Notes under the pieces: model-generated
Seen by the model: only the letters and a program-made list of their open reading frames with translations
Database searches by the model: none
Told to the model about the DNA's origin: nothing
From: a virus
Lineage: Duplodnaviria; Caudoviricetes
Reading direction: 5' to 3' (one strand)
Length of the DNA stretch: 64,000 bases
Virus record (IMG/VR): IMGVR_UViG_3300032244_000155
Location: 5,306 to 69,305 of that record
Made by a program: the position numbers and the translations under genes
Part shown: positions 1-9,754 of the stretch, in pieces
Layout: every line of letters begins with the position of its first letter
Position numbering within the stretch: the first letter of the stretch is position 1

Positions 1-235
1 CTTGATTATTTGCTAATTTGACTTCTAATTCTTTTACTTTCGCTTCCCAAGATTCCCTTTCACTATTGATGCCCATCATCATACAACTAAAACATAGAAC
101 AAAAACTCCAATAATTTTAATAGTAATTTTGTAGAGATTATCTGGAATAAACTCAGAAATCACAATTGCAAGAATGCCAAGTAAAAAACTTAATTGCGAA
201 ATCCAATTGGGAATAAATTCAAGAATCCATAACAT
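1..235 (-). CDS. Membrane protein running off the window edge; two hydrophobic segments then a coiled coil (possibly i-spanin-like)
   Basis: Hand translation from ATG at 235: MLWILEFIPNWISQLSFLLGILAIVISEFIPDNLYKITIKIIGVFVLCFSCMMMGINSERESWEAKVKELEVKLANNQ, open to position 1. Not in the ORF track. Spanin role is a guess from topology. Confidence 0.5.
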   Translation of the reverse strand, partial: MLWILEFIPNWISQLSFLLGILAIVISEFIPDNLYKITIKIIGVFVLCFSCMMMGINSERESWEAKVKELEVKLANNQ

Positions 236-248
236 AATATTTCTCTTT

Positions 249-1301
249 TTACACGGATAGTTTTTGATTCTGAGTCATGAAATTCTTTTTACGCATAACA
301 GTCTTTGCGACTAGATCCAACTCTTGAGAGTTTCTATCCCAATTCAAAACGAATGGCATATTGATATTTGTTCTCATATCATTAAGTACAGCTTCAGCGT
401 CTGGACCTAGCTTTGAAATTTTCTTTCCATACTTCTCATAAGATTTTCTAAAAAGATCAGTCAATTCATCTGGAGTAATTTGTTTAACATTTCTTGCATC
501 ATTTACACGATCCAAAAAGTGTCTTGTGAAATTAACATCTATGCCTACAGCTTTGAATAACTTGTCTGCATAAACTTCAATAGTTTTTAAATCTGATTGA
601 GTGATTTCTTTTGGCTTGTTATCGAATTGCTCAGTAAACATACCACTTCTACCATGACGTAAAAAGATCATTGATCCAGTCTTTTCATCTTGTAGAATGA
701 TTGGCTTCTTTGGATACTTTCTTCCAAAGTCTCTAATTGCATTACCAACATCATCGGAACCAACATACTTTTCATACTTTACGAATTTCTTTTTACCCAT
801 TCTTGCATTGTTAAATCTTTGCTGATCAACAACGAATACATCATTTTGTGCAAATCTGCGCATCATTACTTTAGTTGGTCGAGGAGGATCGCCTTGTGTT
901 CCAGCAATATTACCACCACCAACATTATTTACCGGTGCATCTTCTTTGATAACATTTTTGTTTCTTCCAAACGATTCTCTATAATGCTTCATGAAACTCT
1001 CTTCAATATTGCTTTCAGTAAGATTCTTTTCTTCTTTTATAAGAAACAATGCTGCAGCATATGATGCTAGTTTTGTTTTTCCAAACGGCAATACACCTAA
1101 AACTTTTTTAAGTTTCAACATCAATAGATCAAACTTAGTAAAAGACTCTTGCTCTTCTGCTGTTCTACGATCATATGCTTTCTTTATAAGATTGCCTTCA
1201 GCATCAATTACGCCAGTCTTATATGCGTCCCAGTTTTCGAATGGAGTTGTCAATTGACGCAATACTCTATAAACAAGATATAAGTCTACTAAATTAGCCA
1301 T
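249..1301 (-). CDS. Modular conserved T4-like protein; N-terminus resembles T4 61.2-type proteins, C-terminus is a possible RegB/RelE-fold domain
   Basis: N-terminal LYLVYRVLRQLTTPFENWDAYKTGVIDAEG; internal IKEDAPVNNVGGG; C-terminal VNFTRHFLDRVND. Family links recalled, not searched. Confidence 0.5.
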   Translation of the reverse strand: MANLVDLYLVYRVLRQLTTPFENWDAYKTGVIDAEGNLIKKAYDRRTAEEQESFTKFDLLMLKLKKVLGVLPFGKTKLASYAAALFLIKEEKNLTESNIEESFMKHYRESFGRNKNVIKEDAPVNNVGGGNIAGTQGDPPRPTKVMMRRFAQNDVFVVDQQRFNNARMGKKKFVKYEKYVGSDDVGNAIRDFGRKYPKKPIILQDEKTGSMIFLRHGRSGMFTEQFDNKPKEITQSDLKTIEVYADKLFKAVGIDVNFTRHFLDRVNDARNVKQITPDELTDLFRKSYEKYGKKISKLGPDAEAVLNDMRTNINMPFVLNWDRNSQELDLVAKTVMRKKNFMTQNQKLSV

Positions 1302-1658
1302 TTAAATTTTCTTCTTTAATTGATTGTATAAATTTAAATCTAAAACATCCATATTTTCTAACGCATCATAATTTAGATAAAGAAAAAACGCATTGATGAT
1401 ATCGTGATTCTTTTTTTGAATCTTGAATCTCAACATATTAACAGTAGCTTCAACACCAAAAACATTTGAAAGAGAAATTATATGGTTTAATATCAATCTT
1501 TCTTTTAAGTCTTTTTTATCTGAGTATCTATTTACAAGTCTTTTAATGTATTTGATAGTTTGCAAATCATCAAGAAACTCTAAAATAGATACACAGTTTG
1601 GATTTATATAATTTTTTACTGCATATTCATCAAAATTATCATCAGTTAAAATATTCAT
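1302..1658 (-). CDS. Conserved T4-like hypothetical protein
   Basis: 118 aa ORF with YINPNC..EFLDDL..IKYIKRL and KERLILNHII..NVFG, familiar from T4-like marine and freshwater phages. Confidence 0.7.
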   Translation of the reverse strand: MNILTDDNFDEYAVKNYINPNCVSILEFLDDLQTIKYIKRLVNRYSDKKDLKERLILNHIISLSNVFGVEATVNMLRFKIQKKNHDIINAFFLYLNYDALENMDVLDLNLYNQLKKKI

Positions 1659-1661
1659 AAA

Positions 1662-2189
1662 TTAGAATGTGTTCAACGAAGCCCTCTTTGTTACTCCAGC
1701 ACTTGTTGTGACGTAAATATAGTTTGCGTCCCAAGTAATTGTTCCAACTTGCCAATTGACAGACGAACTTGCTGGTGTATTCGCTGTACGAATTCTAACC
1801 GAGTCTGCATTAATATCAAGTGCAGAGGTTGGATCATTTGTCATAACACCAATCTTATCTGCAGATGCTTTAACATAAAACATGTTCGCTTGATTGTCTG
1901 ACTTGATTTGTGTATCAGACGCAGTACCACCATCATTAATAACTACACCCTTAGTGAAAGTTACTGTATTCGCTGCAGTAAATGTAAAGTTGTTAGCTGT
2001 TAGCGAAGTGTCGCCAGATGCAATTAAAGAAATTGCATTTACTGTTAATGCTGATGTTGCTCCAAAAAAATTATCAACTGTAATTTTTTTGCTAATTGGT
2101 GACCCTAATGGATCATCGATAATCAATAACAAATCTTCTTTAACTGGCGCAGTTAAAGCTGTTAACTGCGTTACCTTTTTATCTGCCAT
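1662..2189 (-). CDS. Putative virion structural protein
   Basis: MADKKVTQLTALT N-terminus typical of phage fibre/structural proteins; beta-rich; GGAGA SD upstream. Confidence 0.6.
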   Translation of the reverse strand: MADKKVTQLTALTAPVKEDLLLIIDDPLGSPISKKITVDNFFGATSALTVNAISLIASGDTSLTANNFTFTAANTVTFTKGVVINDGGTASDTQIKSDNQANMFYVKASADKIGVMTNDPTSALDINADSVRIRTANTPASSSVNWQVGTITWDANYIYVTTSAGVTKRASLNTF

Positions 2190-2244
2190 TCTTTTCTCCT
2201 AATGTAAACCCAATTAAATGGGAATGCTACTTCCGGGACTCGGA

Positions 2245-2277
2245 CCAAAATGGGTGATAGTTTTACCTATCACCCAA
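2245..2277 (-). terminator. Rho-independent terminator
   Basis: Perfect 10-bp stem tgggtgatag/ctatcaccca (2251-2276), followed by a T run on the minus strand, just after the 2294 stop. Confidence 0.7.
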
Positions 2278-2293
2278 TCATAAGATAAAGTTT

Positions 2294-3100
2294 TTATACT
2301 GTGATCAATAGTGCGTTTGCGGATGTTGTGTTTGCAGACTGACCAACTGAAGACATTGTTACGCGGAAGATCGAATTCGATAGTCCACCACCACCAGCAG
2401 CAATTGTATTGTTTGCAATTAACAATATTGCTGTATTTGTGTTTGAGTATGTACCAGTGTTTGTTAGATCCACGAATGATGCATTTGCATTCGCAGCGCG
2501 CTGCCAACGGTAATTGATTGTATTTCCAGTAGGCTCGATTGTTGCAACAACTGTAAACGATGCTGGCGAATTGTTTGCACCAGTATTCGAACTTGGCTGA
2601 GTTACGATTGTAATGAAACTATCTGGGAATGTCGCATCATCATCAGAATCATTGTAAATTGATGGCATTGCAACTAATGTCTCATACTTTTTACGAGCAT
2701 TACCATGCATGTCAGTGTATCGAATAACGTTTACCCAACCAGCATGTGTGTGTGCATCAGCTCTAGCTTCGTTTGAATCGACACCAAATGTGTAGATTGT
2801 GTTTGCAAATTGTGAACTTTGAACAGTTGCACTATTAGCGGCTAAAAACTTTGGTGTGTCTCTTCCGAAAATAGTTGTAGCAACGTTAGCAGCTGTCCAA
2901 GCAGGTTCAAAAGTCAATGATGTATTGCTTGCAATTGAAATAACTTTACGACTTGAACCATTAATAATGATAGTATCGCCAACTTCAAGTTCTGTTGTGA
3001 AAACAGTTCCTGTTCCTGTTAAAATTGATGTATTAACTGTACTATTAGCAAATGCAGTTCCAGTTAATGTAAAAATATCTCTACTTCCCCATAGTGCCAT
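2294..3100 (-). CDS. Virion structural protein with C-terminal Ig-like domain
   Basis: MALWG start; C-terminal ITIVTQP..SFTVVAT..NYRWQR pattern of phage Ig-like domains. Confidence 0.65.
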   Translation of the reverse strand: MALWGSRDIFTLTGTAFANSTVNTSILTGTGTVFTTELEVGDTIIINGSSRKVISIASNTSLTFEPAWTAANVATTIFGRDTPKFLAANSATVQSSQFANTIYTFGVDSNEARADAHTHAGWVNVIRYTDMHGNARKKYETLVAMPSIYNDSDDDATFPDSFITIVTQPSSNTGANNSPASFTVVATIEPTGNTINYRWQRAANANASFVDLTNTGTYSNTNTAILLIANNTIAAGGGGLSNSIFRVTMSSVGQSANTTSANALLITV

Positions 3101-3112
3101 GGTGTTCTCCTT

Positions 3113-3607
3113 TTAGTATCCTAGTTTTCTTAATTGCGAAATTGTATTCATACTATTTATATGGCGAACTCCAACACCACCTTTAGCAACCCACTCTTTG
3201 ATATTCTTTTCGTAATCGTCAATTAAAAGATTTGGTCTTCCATCTTCACTTACTGCGTATTGTTGTTTATCTTCTCTTGGAACAAGAAGAATTTTTTCTA
3301 CATGACCTAAATGTTTTCTAACCCATTCAATCTTTTCTGGCTTACATGTAATCATGCGTTTAGATGGAGTCGATAGAATGTATGGATTGTGTGGACGAAT
3401 GAATCTCCAAAGTGTTAGTGCATCTGACATAGGTTCTAGATTCGCCCAAAACTTTGGAACTTGTTTCATTGCTTCCCACTTAGCATTCTTTTCTTCTTCT
3501 GGAAAAGGTTTTAGTCCAGCAGCAGCTAATACTTTATTAGCACCACCGACGAAGTTAACCAAAACCTGATCCATGTCACAATAAATTTGAGGCAATTCAT
3601 TCGTCAT
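3113..3607 (-). CDS. HAD-family 5'(3')-deoxyribonucleotidase/phosphatase
   Basis: Motif I IYCDMDQVL, motif II LSTP, motif III K, motif IV LLIDD. Confidence 0.85.
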   Translation of the reverse strand: MTNELPQIYCDMDQVLVNFVGGANKVLAAAGLKPFPEEEKNAKWEAMKQVPKFWANLEPMSDALTLWRFIRPHNPYILSTPSKRMITCKPEKIEWVRKHLGHVEKILLVPREDKQQYAVSEDGRPNLLIDDYEKNIKEWVAKGGVGVRHINSMNTISQLRKLGY

Positions 3608-3608
3608 T

Positions 3609-5126
3609 TTAACTCTTCATCTCTGGATTGACTTCAATTGGCTCTTTCTTTCCAGTCAATTGATCGCCCTTTTCGACGTTTGCTTTGCTTGGAGTTTCTT
3701 CTTCTTTCTTCATCATTTTCTTTTTAGCTAAGTCTTTAACACGTTTCACAACTCTAGATGCTTCTAGTACAACTTCTTCATTAGTTGAAATATTACCAAC
3801 AGTTTTGATTTTAACTTTAGCATCAACACCTAAGTCTTTAAACGCTTTGTTGAATTTCTTCTCTAAAGGCTTTCCGCCAGATTTGAATTCTGGAATCTTC
3901 TCTTCTTTTTTCATATTATCAGCACCAGTAGCAAGCCACTTAGCAACACCAGATTTTGTTACTTGTCCCTTCATCAATTTTTTTGTTTCTTGATTGATTG
4001 GCTGATTTTCATCTGTTAATTGCTTTTGGGCTTTATTCAATTTTTGATAATATGAACGCTCTAGACTATCTGACTTTGGACTGCCCATTTGTTCTAATTG
4101 AACTTCTTCTTTCTTAACGTCATGTCCATATTTCTTTTTATACCAATCTGGCATACCATTCTTTTGACGGAAGTATCTAACTGTCGCAGCATCATTAGCT
4201 TGGTCGCGATATTTGTTCTCAGCATTAGTATTGTGACCTTTCATTGCTTCTGCAGCTTTGTGTGCGTCTTTACCAATGTAAATTAATTCAGCATCACTCT
4301 TCTTGTGATAGTCATGACCTTCTAATGGATGACGCTGTGATGGACGCCCTTCATCCAATTGCGTTTCTTCTTTCTTCATGCCCATGCGATTGACACGATT
4401 TCTTGCAAGACCAGAAACAAACTTAATACCTGCGTCTGAAAGTGTCTGCAATTCTGTCTTACCTAACTTATCTAACATAGAAATAAGTTTCTTGTAGTTA
4501 TCGCTAGATGGATCAATTCTATCAATCTTAGAATACTCAGCTTTCATTCTTTGAATTTGTGCTGGAGTAATTCCTTCTTGCAATTCAACTTCTTCATCCA
4601 TATCATCTGGATCACTTTCATCTTTTCCTTTTGCAGTCCATTTAACGGATGATTGCTTCTTTCCGTCAACTTTTCTTGCAATTTTATTCTTGTCGTCAAA
4701 CCATGTATATGTGCCATCTGAATTTTGTTTAACTCTATGACCCATATTCATGTGCGCTTTCATTGCTGCATCATTTTCATCTAAAGTCTCGGACTCAGCA
4801 ACTTTCTTTTTCACTTCACCAGTCTTTGGATTTACATGATCGCCTTTGCTTACGCCAGACTTATAAACTTTTTCGCCAGTTGTTGGATGAACAAAATAGT
4901 CACCTTTCTTTGGATCATATCCAATAGATTTGACTTTGTATTGTTCACCACCTTCTTCTAAATCTTGATCTTCTTTACGCAGAATAGCAAGATCCTGACC
5001 ATCAATCTTGCCATTCTTATTCTTGTCGATTTTCTTTTGTTTTGGACTTAGTTCTTCAGACAATACGCCTTTAACCGCGTCCAAAAGACCTTTAGGCAAT
5101 CCCATTTTATCTGCTAGTGTTGACAT
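3609..5126 (-). CDS. Charged modular protein, probable internal head protein
   Basis: 505 aa, K/E-rich, repeated L-x-E sites, DKNKNGKIDGQD EF-hand/dockerin-like loop. Confidence 0.55.
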   Translation of the reverse strand: MSTLADKMGLPKGLLDAVKGVLSEELSPKQKKIDKNKNGKIDGQDLAILRKEDQDLEEGGEQYKVKSIGYDPKKGDYFVHPTTGEKVYKSGVSKGDHVNPKTGEVKKKVAESETLDENDAAMKAHMNMGHRVKQNSDGTYTWFDDKNKIARKVDGKKQSSVKWTAKGKDESDPDDMDEEVELQEGITPAQIQRMKAEYSKIDRIDPSSDNYKKLISMLDKLGKTELQTLSDAGIKFVSGLARNRVNRMGMKKEETQLDEGRPSQRHPLEGHDYHKKSDAELIYIGKDAHKAAEAMKGHNTNAENKYRDQANDAATVRYFRQKNGMPDWYKKKYGHDVKKEEVQLEQMGSPKSDSLERSYYQKLNKAQKQLTDENQPINQETKKLMKGQVTKSGVAKWLATGADNMKKEEKIPEFKSGGKPLEKKFNKAFKDLGVDAKVKIKTVGNISTNEEVVLEASRVVKRVKDLAKKKMMKKEEETPSKANVEKGDQLTGKKEPIEVNPEMKS

Positions 5127-5146
5127 GTTACTTTCTCCGTATGTTT

Positions 5147-8100
5147 TTAATCTAAATCGCCGACTGTTTTATCTGAACGCCACATTTGACAAGACCAATA
5201 ATTTGCTTTCCATTTCGGACCTGGATTATCGCATCCATGTCTCGCTCTATAACTTTTTAATCTTTCTGGATCATCACGTTTGATTTCCATGTTTGGATCA
5301 CCAAATCTAACAATCACAACATCACCATTTGGTCCCATAGTATAAACGCCAAACTTTTTATTTTCGCCAGGTGTTCTAAAAGGATCATTTAATTTAACAG
5401 TTTTACCTTGATAATCTGCTTCAACTAAAATATTTTCCCAATCTACAGTTTCGACAATCTCATCTTTACAATCACCACAACATGACGTTTCTTCATCAAA
5501 AATCTTTTTCTTTCTTTGTGTAGTGATATCATTCAATGTATTCATTACACTATTTGCTGAGTATTTAGCTGTAATGATATCTGGGCTTTGTCCTGGAGTT
5601 GCTCTTGCATAAGACATTCTTAGTGCATCTGTTCCCCATTCTAATGCTTCAGCGAATTTAGAGAATTCTTCATTCTTTTTTACTTTAGATGCTAAGTCAC
5701 TATCCGCTCCACCCCAGGTACCTTGACCTTTTGTAATGAATGAATTAACTCTAGCAAATGCCCATTGCTGTGGCGTAGTTCCTGGACGATGACCACCTTG
5801 CCATGCTGCCATACCACGATTGTAGACTTGTTTCAATATGCTATATGAAATGCCTGACTTTTCAGCTTTCTTTTGAAGTCCCTCAATTTCTTCGATGATT
5901 GGTCTAAATTCTTCATATGCTGAACCATAATCACTTGCTGGTGCGTCCATTGTGTATTGGTCAAGAACGGAATCATCGATTTCGCCAGAGTATTCTCCAT
6001 CGTCATCCTCTTCTTCATCATCAACTTCATTTGGATTGAAACCATCTTCAAATTGTAAATAGTCTGATGCAGTTGCAATGTAATCAGCAGCCTTTGTAAT
6101 CTTTGAAAGAACCCACTGATCTGGTTCTTCGTCCATTTCATCAAGCATATCTAATAAATCGTTTGCATCTTCAATCATGTTTGCTAATTCGATTTGAGCC
6201 ATTTCGACTCCATCCATTTCTGGAGAGTCTTCGTATTCATCTTCATAATCATCCATAGACTCTTTAACTACATTGAAATAGTCTTCAGCGTCTTTTTTAC
6301 TCTTAAATGTTCTAGTCTCGCTTGATAGTTTTCCAGTCACTTTCCATTCAGTTCCATTTCCAGACTTTCCTGCTGGAGTAGAAATCTTTTCAATCTTTGG
6401 TGTAGACTTTGTTGCTGGAGTAATATACTTTTTAAATTTATCATCAACAGATTCTTTTTGTAGTTGCTTCTTTGTCATTCCAAATAGACTATCAGAAGAT
6501 AAAACCATATCTAGAAGTGTGGATAGCAAATCATTTGTCGCAGACTTTTCTTGTGTGCTTAATTGATCGCCAGATTTTAGTTTCTCCAATGAACGCTTGA
6601 GAACAGATAACATCTTTGTGTCAGCTAATCCCATGCGAACTAATTGGTCTAGTCTTGATGATTCTTTTCTATCCATAGATTCGCCATACATCTTTTTAAA
6701 TTTAAGTGTGTGTTTGGATTGAGGCATTTCTTTTTCTCTCGCTTCTTTATCTCCTGGTGCATCTTCATAACCAGACTTATCTGAATCAGATTTTGGTCCA
6801 TTCTTTTCAAAATGAGCTGATCGTAATTCTTTTGTATTTTTATCTAATCCAGCATAATATTTTTTAGGCTGAGTGCCTTCTTTATTTTTAATATCTTGAT
6901 CTTGAGCAACTTCATTCAAATTAAAAGTCTGAGAAAACAATTCATCTATTGTGCTTTCTCTTCTCATCATTGCTTTTTGTTTTCTTTGCATTTCTTTTTG
7001 TCTTTCAGCACCAACTAGTCTTGCTGCAAGTTTTTTAATTCCAGGCAACATCTTCTGTAGTCTTGTGTCTACGCTAATCTTTTCGCCCGTGCTTAATGAT
7101 GCATAATTCTTGCCACCAGTGATTCTTGCTCTAAACAATTTGTATGCATCTTTAACTGCACGACCTTTTAGGCGTTTAGGATCAGCAAATCGTTTTGCTT
7201 GTGCAAGTCTTGTTCTGAGCAAACGCTTCTGCATTCTCTTAAATCTTTGACCTCTTGCAAGTCTTTGCGAATAGCCTAAAACAGATTCGTTTTTCTCGTC
7301 TTCTTTTTTCTTTTGATCGTGAGAATTAATCATTGCTGTCAATCTTCTTTCTCTATCTTGTGCTGCAGCGTATGGCTTGTTTTTCTCTCGTTCTCTTTCA
7401 ATTGCTCTCTGTATTTTTTGTGCAGCAGTTAGTTTGATCTTTGCTTCTTCTAATTCTTCGCTCATACCACCACCTATGTATTTGTCTAATAGTTTTTTGA
7501 CTTTAGATTTGTTTTTTGATTTTGGATATAAATCACTAATGATCTCATCTCTTCCATCTGAGTCTGCTTCTGCATACATTTTTCTAATTTGAGAACCAGA
7601 GAATGCAAGTTCGCCATTGACTTTAAAATCATGTTTCTTAGTTACAAAAATATATGCATGTTTATCGAACGATTCGCACTTATTAATACTAATAAATGGC
7701 TGATAATATGCCGGCGATCCATCTTTCTTTGTATATTTCATCGGATCTCGCTCTGAACGAACAAGAATAAGAATATCATTAGTTTCGTCATAACGATTCA
7801 TAATCTCTTTAGGATTAATTGGTTGTATCACTTGAACAAAATGATCCGTAACACCAGCCTGTTGTGCTAGAAACTCTTTATCTTTAAATGGAATTGGTCG
7901 CACTTTTGTATCATTGCTTGATGCAACATAAAAATCTGGAGTACGAAATTCACTTTTAGCTTGTGTATAACTACTTAAATGTCCAGCATGAAATGGCTGA
8001 AAGCCCCCACCATATACTACAACGATTTTTGGTTTAGTTTTTGCTTCTTTAATAAATGATTCTTTCATTGCGCTTCCTTTTTGCCAGCCTTTGATAATGT

Positions 8101-9301
8101 CTGGAGAAAAATTTGCATGACTAAATTGCATTCTATCAACTAATTTAACCGCATTACCTTTAATTTTGTCAATTGCAACATATCCTTCAACACCAGTCAC
8201 TTCGTAACCGTTTTTTGTCAATAAAAATGTATGCAACTGTTTTACTTCATCCATCTTTTTAATTAGAATCAATTTTGCTTCTGCTAATAGGTTGATTAGC
8301 GTGAAAATGTTTTCTAAATTTGATTTGTTTTTGTCAGAAAAGAAATTTAAAACGTTTTGTTTTTTTGTCATTTGGGTAGCGCGACCCTTTTCACCTTTAC
8401 CAGCAGCTTGTTTTTCGTAATATTCTTCAATATATTCTATCACTTCTTTAACATGCGCTTTGACGTTAGTAATTTTTAACTGAGCACGAACTTTTGAATT
8501 GTTGAATGTTTTAATTCTTTCGATTAAATCAGCATCAGTATTAATATAGTTTAAAGTTGATGCATCTAATTTTTGAAATACTTTTCCAGCTTCAGATAAT
8601 ACTGAAGTTACTTTATCATATTCATCTTTTGTTAGTGTTGCTTTACCAGAAACATCATGATAGTCTACACCAGTCATCCAAACATTTGAATTTTGAGTTA
8701 GTGAACCAATAACATCTTTTCCAAAGACTGCTTTCATTGTTTCAAATGATTCGCCTTCGTAAATTGTGTGCCAAACAATACCTAATTTTGCTCTTTTAAT
8801 ACTTTTAGCAAGTTCTGTATTTGTTGGGATTGCATAGACTAACGTATTTGGATGAAACGTGACGTATTCTTCTCCGTCAATTGTTTCTTGTTTTAAGTCT
8901 GATTCTGTAAATAATAGATCGCCTTGAATGACACCTTTGATGCCGATCTTAGGTAACCACATTAAACATGTTTTAAGTTTTTCTGCTAAATCTCCAGAGG
9001 TGTCTTCATCAATCTCTGCTGGAGTTTTATATACTTTTGGGTTTTTATTAAAGACGCCTTTCTTTGCAACAAAGAATTTTCCGTCTGTTGGATCTTGTCC
9101 TGCAAATATTGCTGGAGCACCATCCCATTTAACTGTTATGTTAACTTTCTTTTCGGAATGACCTGCAAGCATATTTCGCACATTTCTAAGTGCATTAATG
9201 CTATTTCTTGCACCATTGACACCACCATTTAGAACATCATCTTCTGCATGCTCTAGATGAACGTTTTTATTTTCTATAAGATATTGTTCAAATTTAAACA
9301 T
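5147..9301 (-). CDS. 1384-aa polyprotein: ligase-like nucleotidyltransferase domain (DUF6267-like), HxGH nucleotidyltransferase (cytidylyltransferase-like), and several small conserved phage domains
   Basis: KWDG, QGDLL, EGYV and VKL motifs in the N-domain; GGFQPFHAGH in the second domain; C-terminal KQVYNRGMAAW..GHRPG..QQWAFARVNSF and RFGDPNMEIKRDDP..RARHGC..YWSC modules. Confidence 0.7.
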   Translation of the reverse strand: MFKFEQYLIENKNVHLEHAEDDVLNGGVNGARNSINALRNVRNMLAGHSEKKVNITVKWDGAPAIFAGQDPTDGKFFVAKKGVFNKNPKVYKTPAEIDEDTSGDLAEKLKTCLMWLPKIGIKGVIQGDLLFTESDLKQETIDGEEYVTFHPNTLVYAIPTNTELAKSIKRAKLGIVWHTIYEGESFETMKAVFGKDVIGSLTQNSNVWMTGVDYHDVSGKATLTKDEYDKVTSVLSEAGKVFQKLDASTLNYINTDADLIERIKTFNNSKVRAQLKITNVKAHVKEVIEYIEEYYEKQAAGKGEKGRATQMTKKQNVLNFFSDKNKSNLENIFTLINLLAEAKLILIKKMDEVKQLHTFLLTKNGYEVTGVEGYVAIDKIKGNAVKLVDRMQFSHANFSPDIIKGWQKGSAMKESFIKEAKTKPKIVVVYGGGFQPFHAGHLSSYTQAKSEFRTPDFYVASSNDTKVRPIPFKDKEFLAQQAGVTDHFVQVIQPINPKEIMNRYDETNDILILVRSERDPMKYTKKDGSPAYYQPFISINKCESFDKHAYIFVTKKHDFKVNGELAFSGSQIRKMYAEADSDGRDEIISDLYPKSKNKSKVKKLLDKYIGGGMSEELEEAKIKLTAAQKIQRAIEREREKNKPYAAAQDRERRLTAMINSHDQKKKEDEKNESVLGYSQRLARGQRFKRMQKRLLRTRLAQAKRFADPKRLKGRAVKDAYKLFRARITGGKNYASLSTGEKISVDTRLQKMLPGIKKLAARLVGAERQKEMQRKQKAMMRRESTIDELFSQTFNLNEVAQDQDIKNKEGTQPKKYYAGLDKNTKELRSAHFEKNGPKSDSDKSGYEDAPGDKEAREKEMPQSKHTLKFKKMYGESMDRKESSRLDQLVRMGLADTKMLSVLKRSLEKLKSGDQLSTQEKSATNDLLSTLLDMVLSSDSLFGMTKKQLQKESVDDKFKKYITPATKSTPKIEKISTPAGKSGNGTEWKVTGKLSSETRTFKSKKDAEDYFNVVKESMDDYEDEYEDSPEMDGVEMAQIELANMIEDANDLLDMLDEMDEEPDQWVLSKITKAADYIATASDYLQFEDGFNPNEVDDEEEDDDGEYSGEIDDSVLDQYTMDAPASDYGSAYEEFRPIIEEIEGLQKKAEKSGISYSILKQVYNRGMAAWQGGHRPGTTPQQWAFARVNSFITKGQGTWGGADSDLASKVKKNEEFSKFAEALEWGTDALRMSYARATPGQSPDIITAKYSANSVMNTLNDITTQRKKKIFDEETSCCGDCKDEIVETVDWENILVEADYQGKTVKLNDPFRTPGENKKFGVYTMGPNGDVVIVRFGDPNMEIKRDDPERLKSYRARHGCDNPGPKWKANYWSCQMWRSDKTVGDLD

Positions 9302-9671
9302 ATCTAACTAAAATCCCTCTGGAAGATTTTTCTTTCTGTGCCATCCATTTCAATGATGAATATGGTATTAACTTATATTCATTGTAGAAATCCATAAGAC
9401 ATTCATAAATTTTTATTTCATTGTTTATGGTGACTTCGACTCTTTTAGATCTTCCATTATCGGATCCATAATGTGCAGTTAATTCAGCTGGCGCCCAATT
9501 TCTATTGGTACTTTTTGAACCAATTATTTTTTTGGTCTCTTCACTGTGCTTTTTTCCATAATGAGAATTGAAAACACCCTTTTGAGATTTTCCACACCAC
9601 TTGACATCTTGTGGCATCTCGTCTTTATGAGTTTTAGACCAAGTTTTAATATCTTCTAATAAGTCGTCCAT
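9294..9671 (-). CDS. NUMOD3-type DNA-binding protein, likely a homing endonuclease remnant
   Basis: NSHYGKKHSEETKKIIG (NUMOD3) and NGRSKRV; no GIY-YIG or HNH motif visible. Confidence 0.6.
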   Translation of the reverse strand: MDDLLEDIKTWSKTHKDEMPQDVKWCGKSQKGVFNSHYGKKHSEETKKIIGSKSTNRNWAPAELTAHYGSDNGRSKRVEVTINNEIKIYECLMDFYNEYKLIPYSSLKWMAQKEKSSRGILVRYV

Positions 9672-9740
9672 TTTTTTCCAATAGAGATTGCCTTAGCCTT
9701 ATCTGTTGCAGGTTTACCTTAGTCTAACTGCGTTATGCTT

Positions 9741-9748
9741 TATTTATA
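9741..9748 (-). promoter_or_regulatory. T4-type late promoter TATAAATA
   Basis: Exact match, intergenic, upstream of the 9671 ORF and the polyprotein. Confidence 0.75.
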
Positions 9749-9754
9749 ATATTA

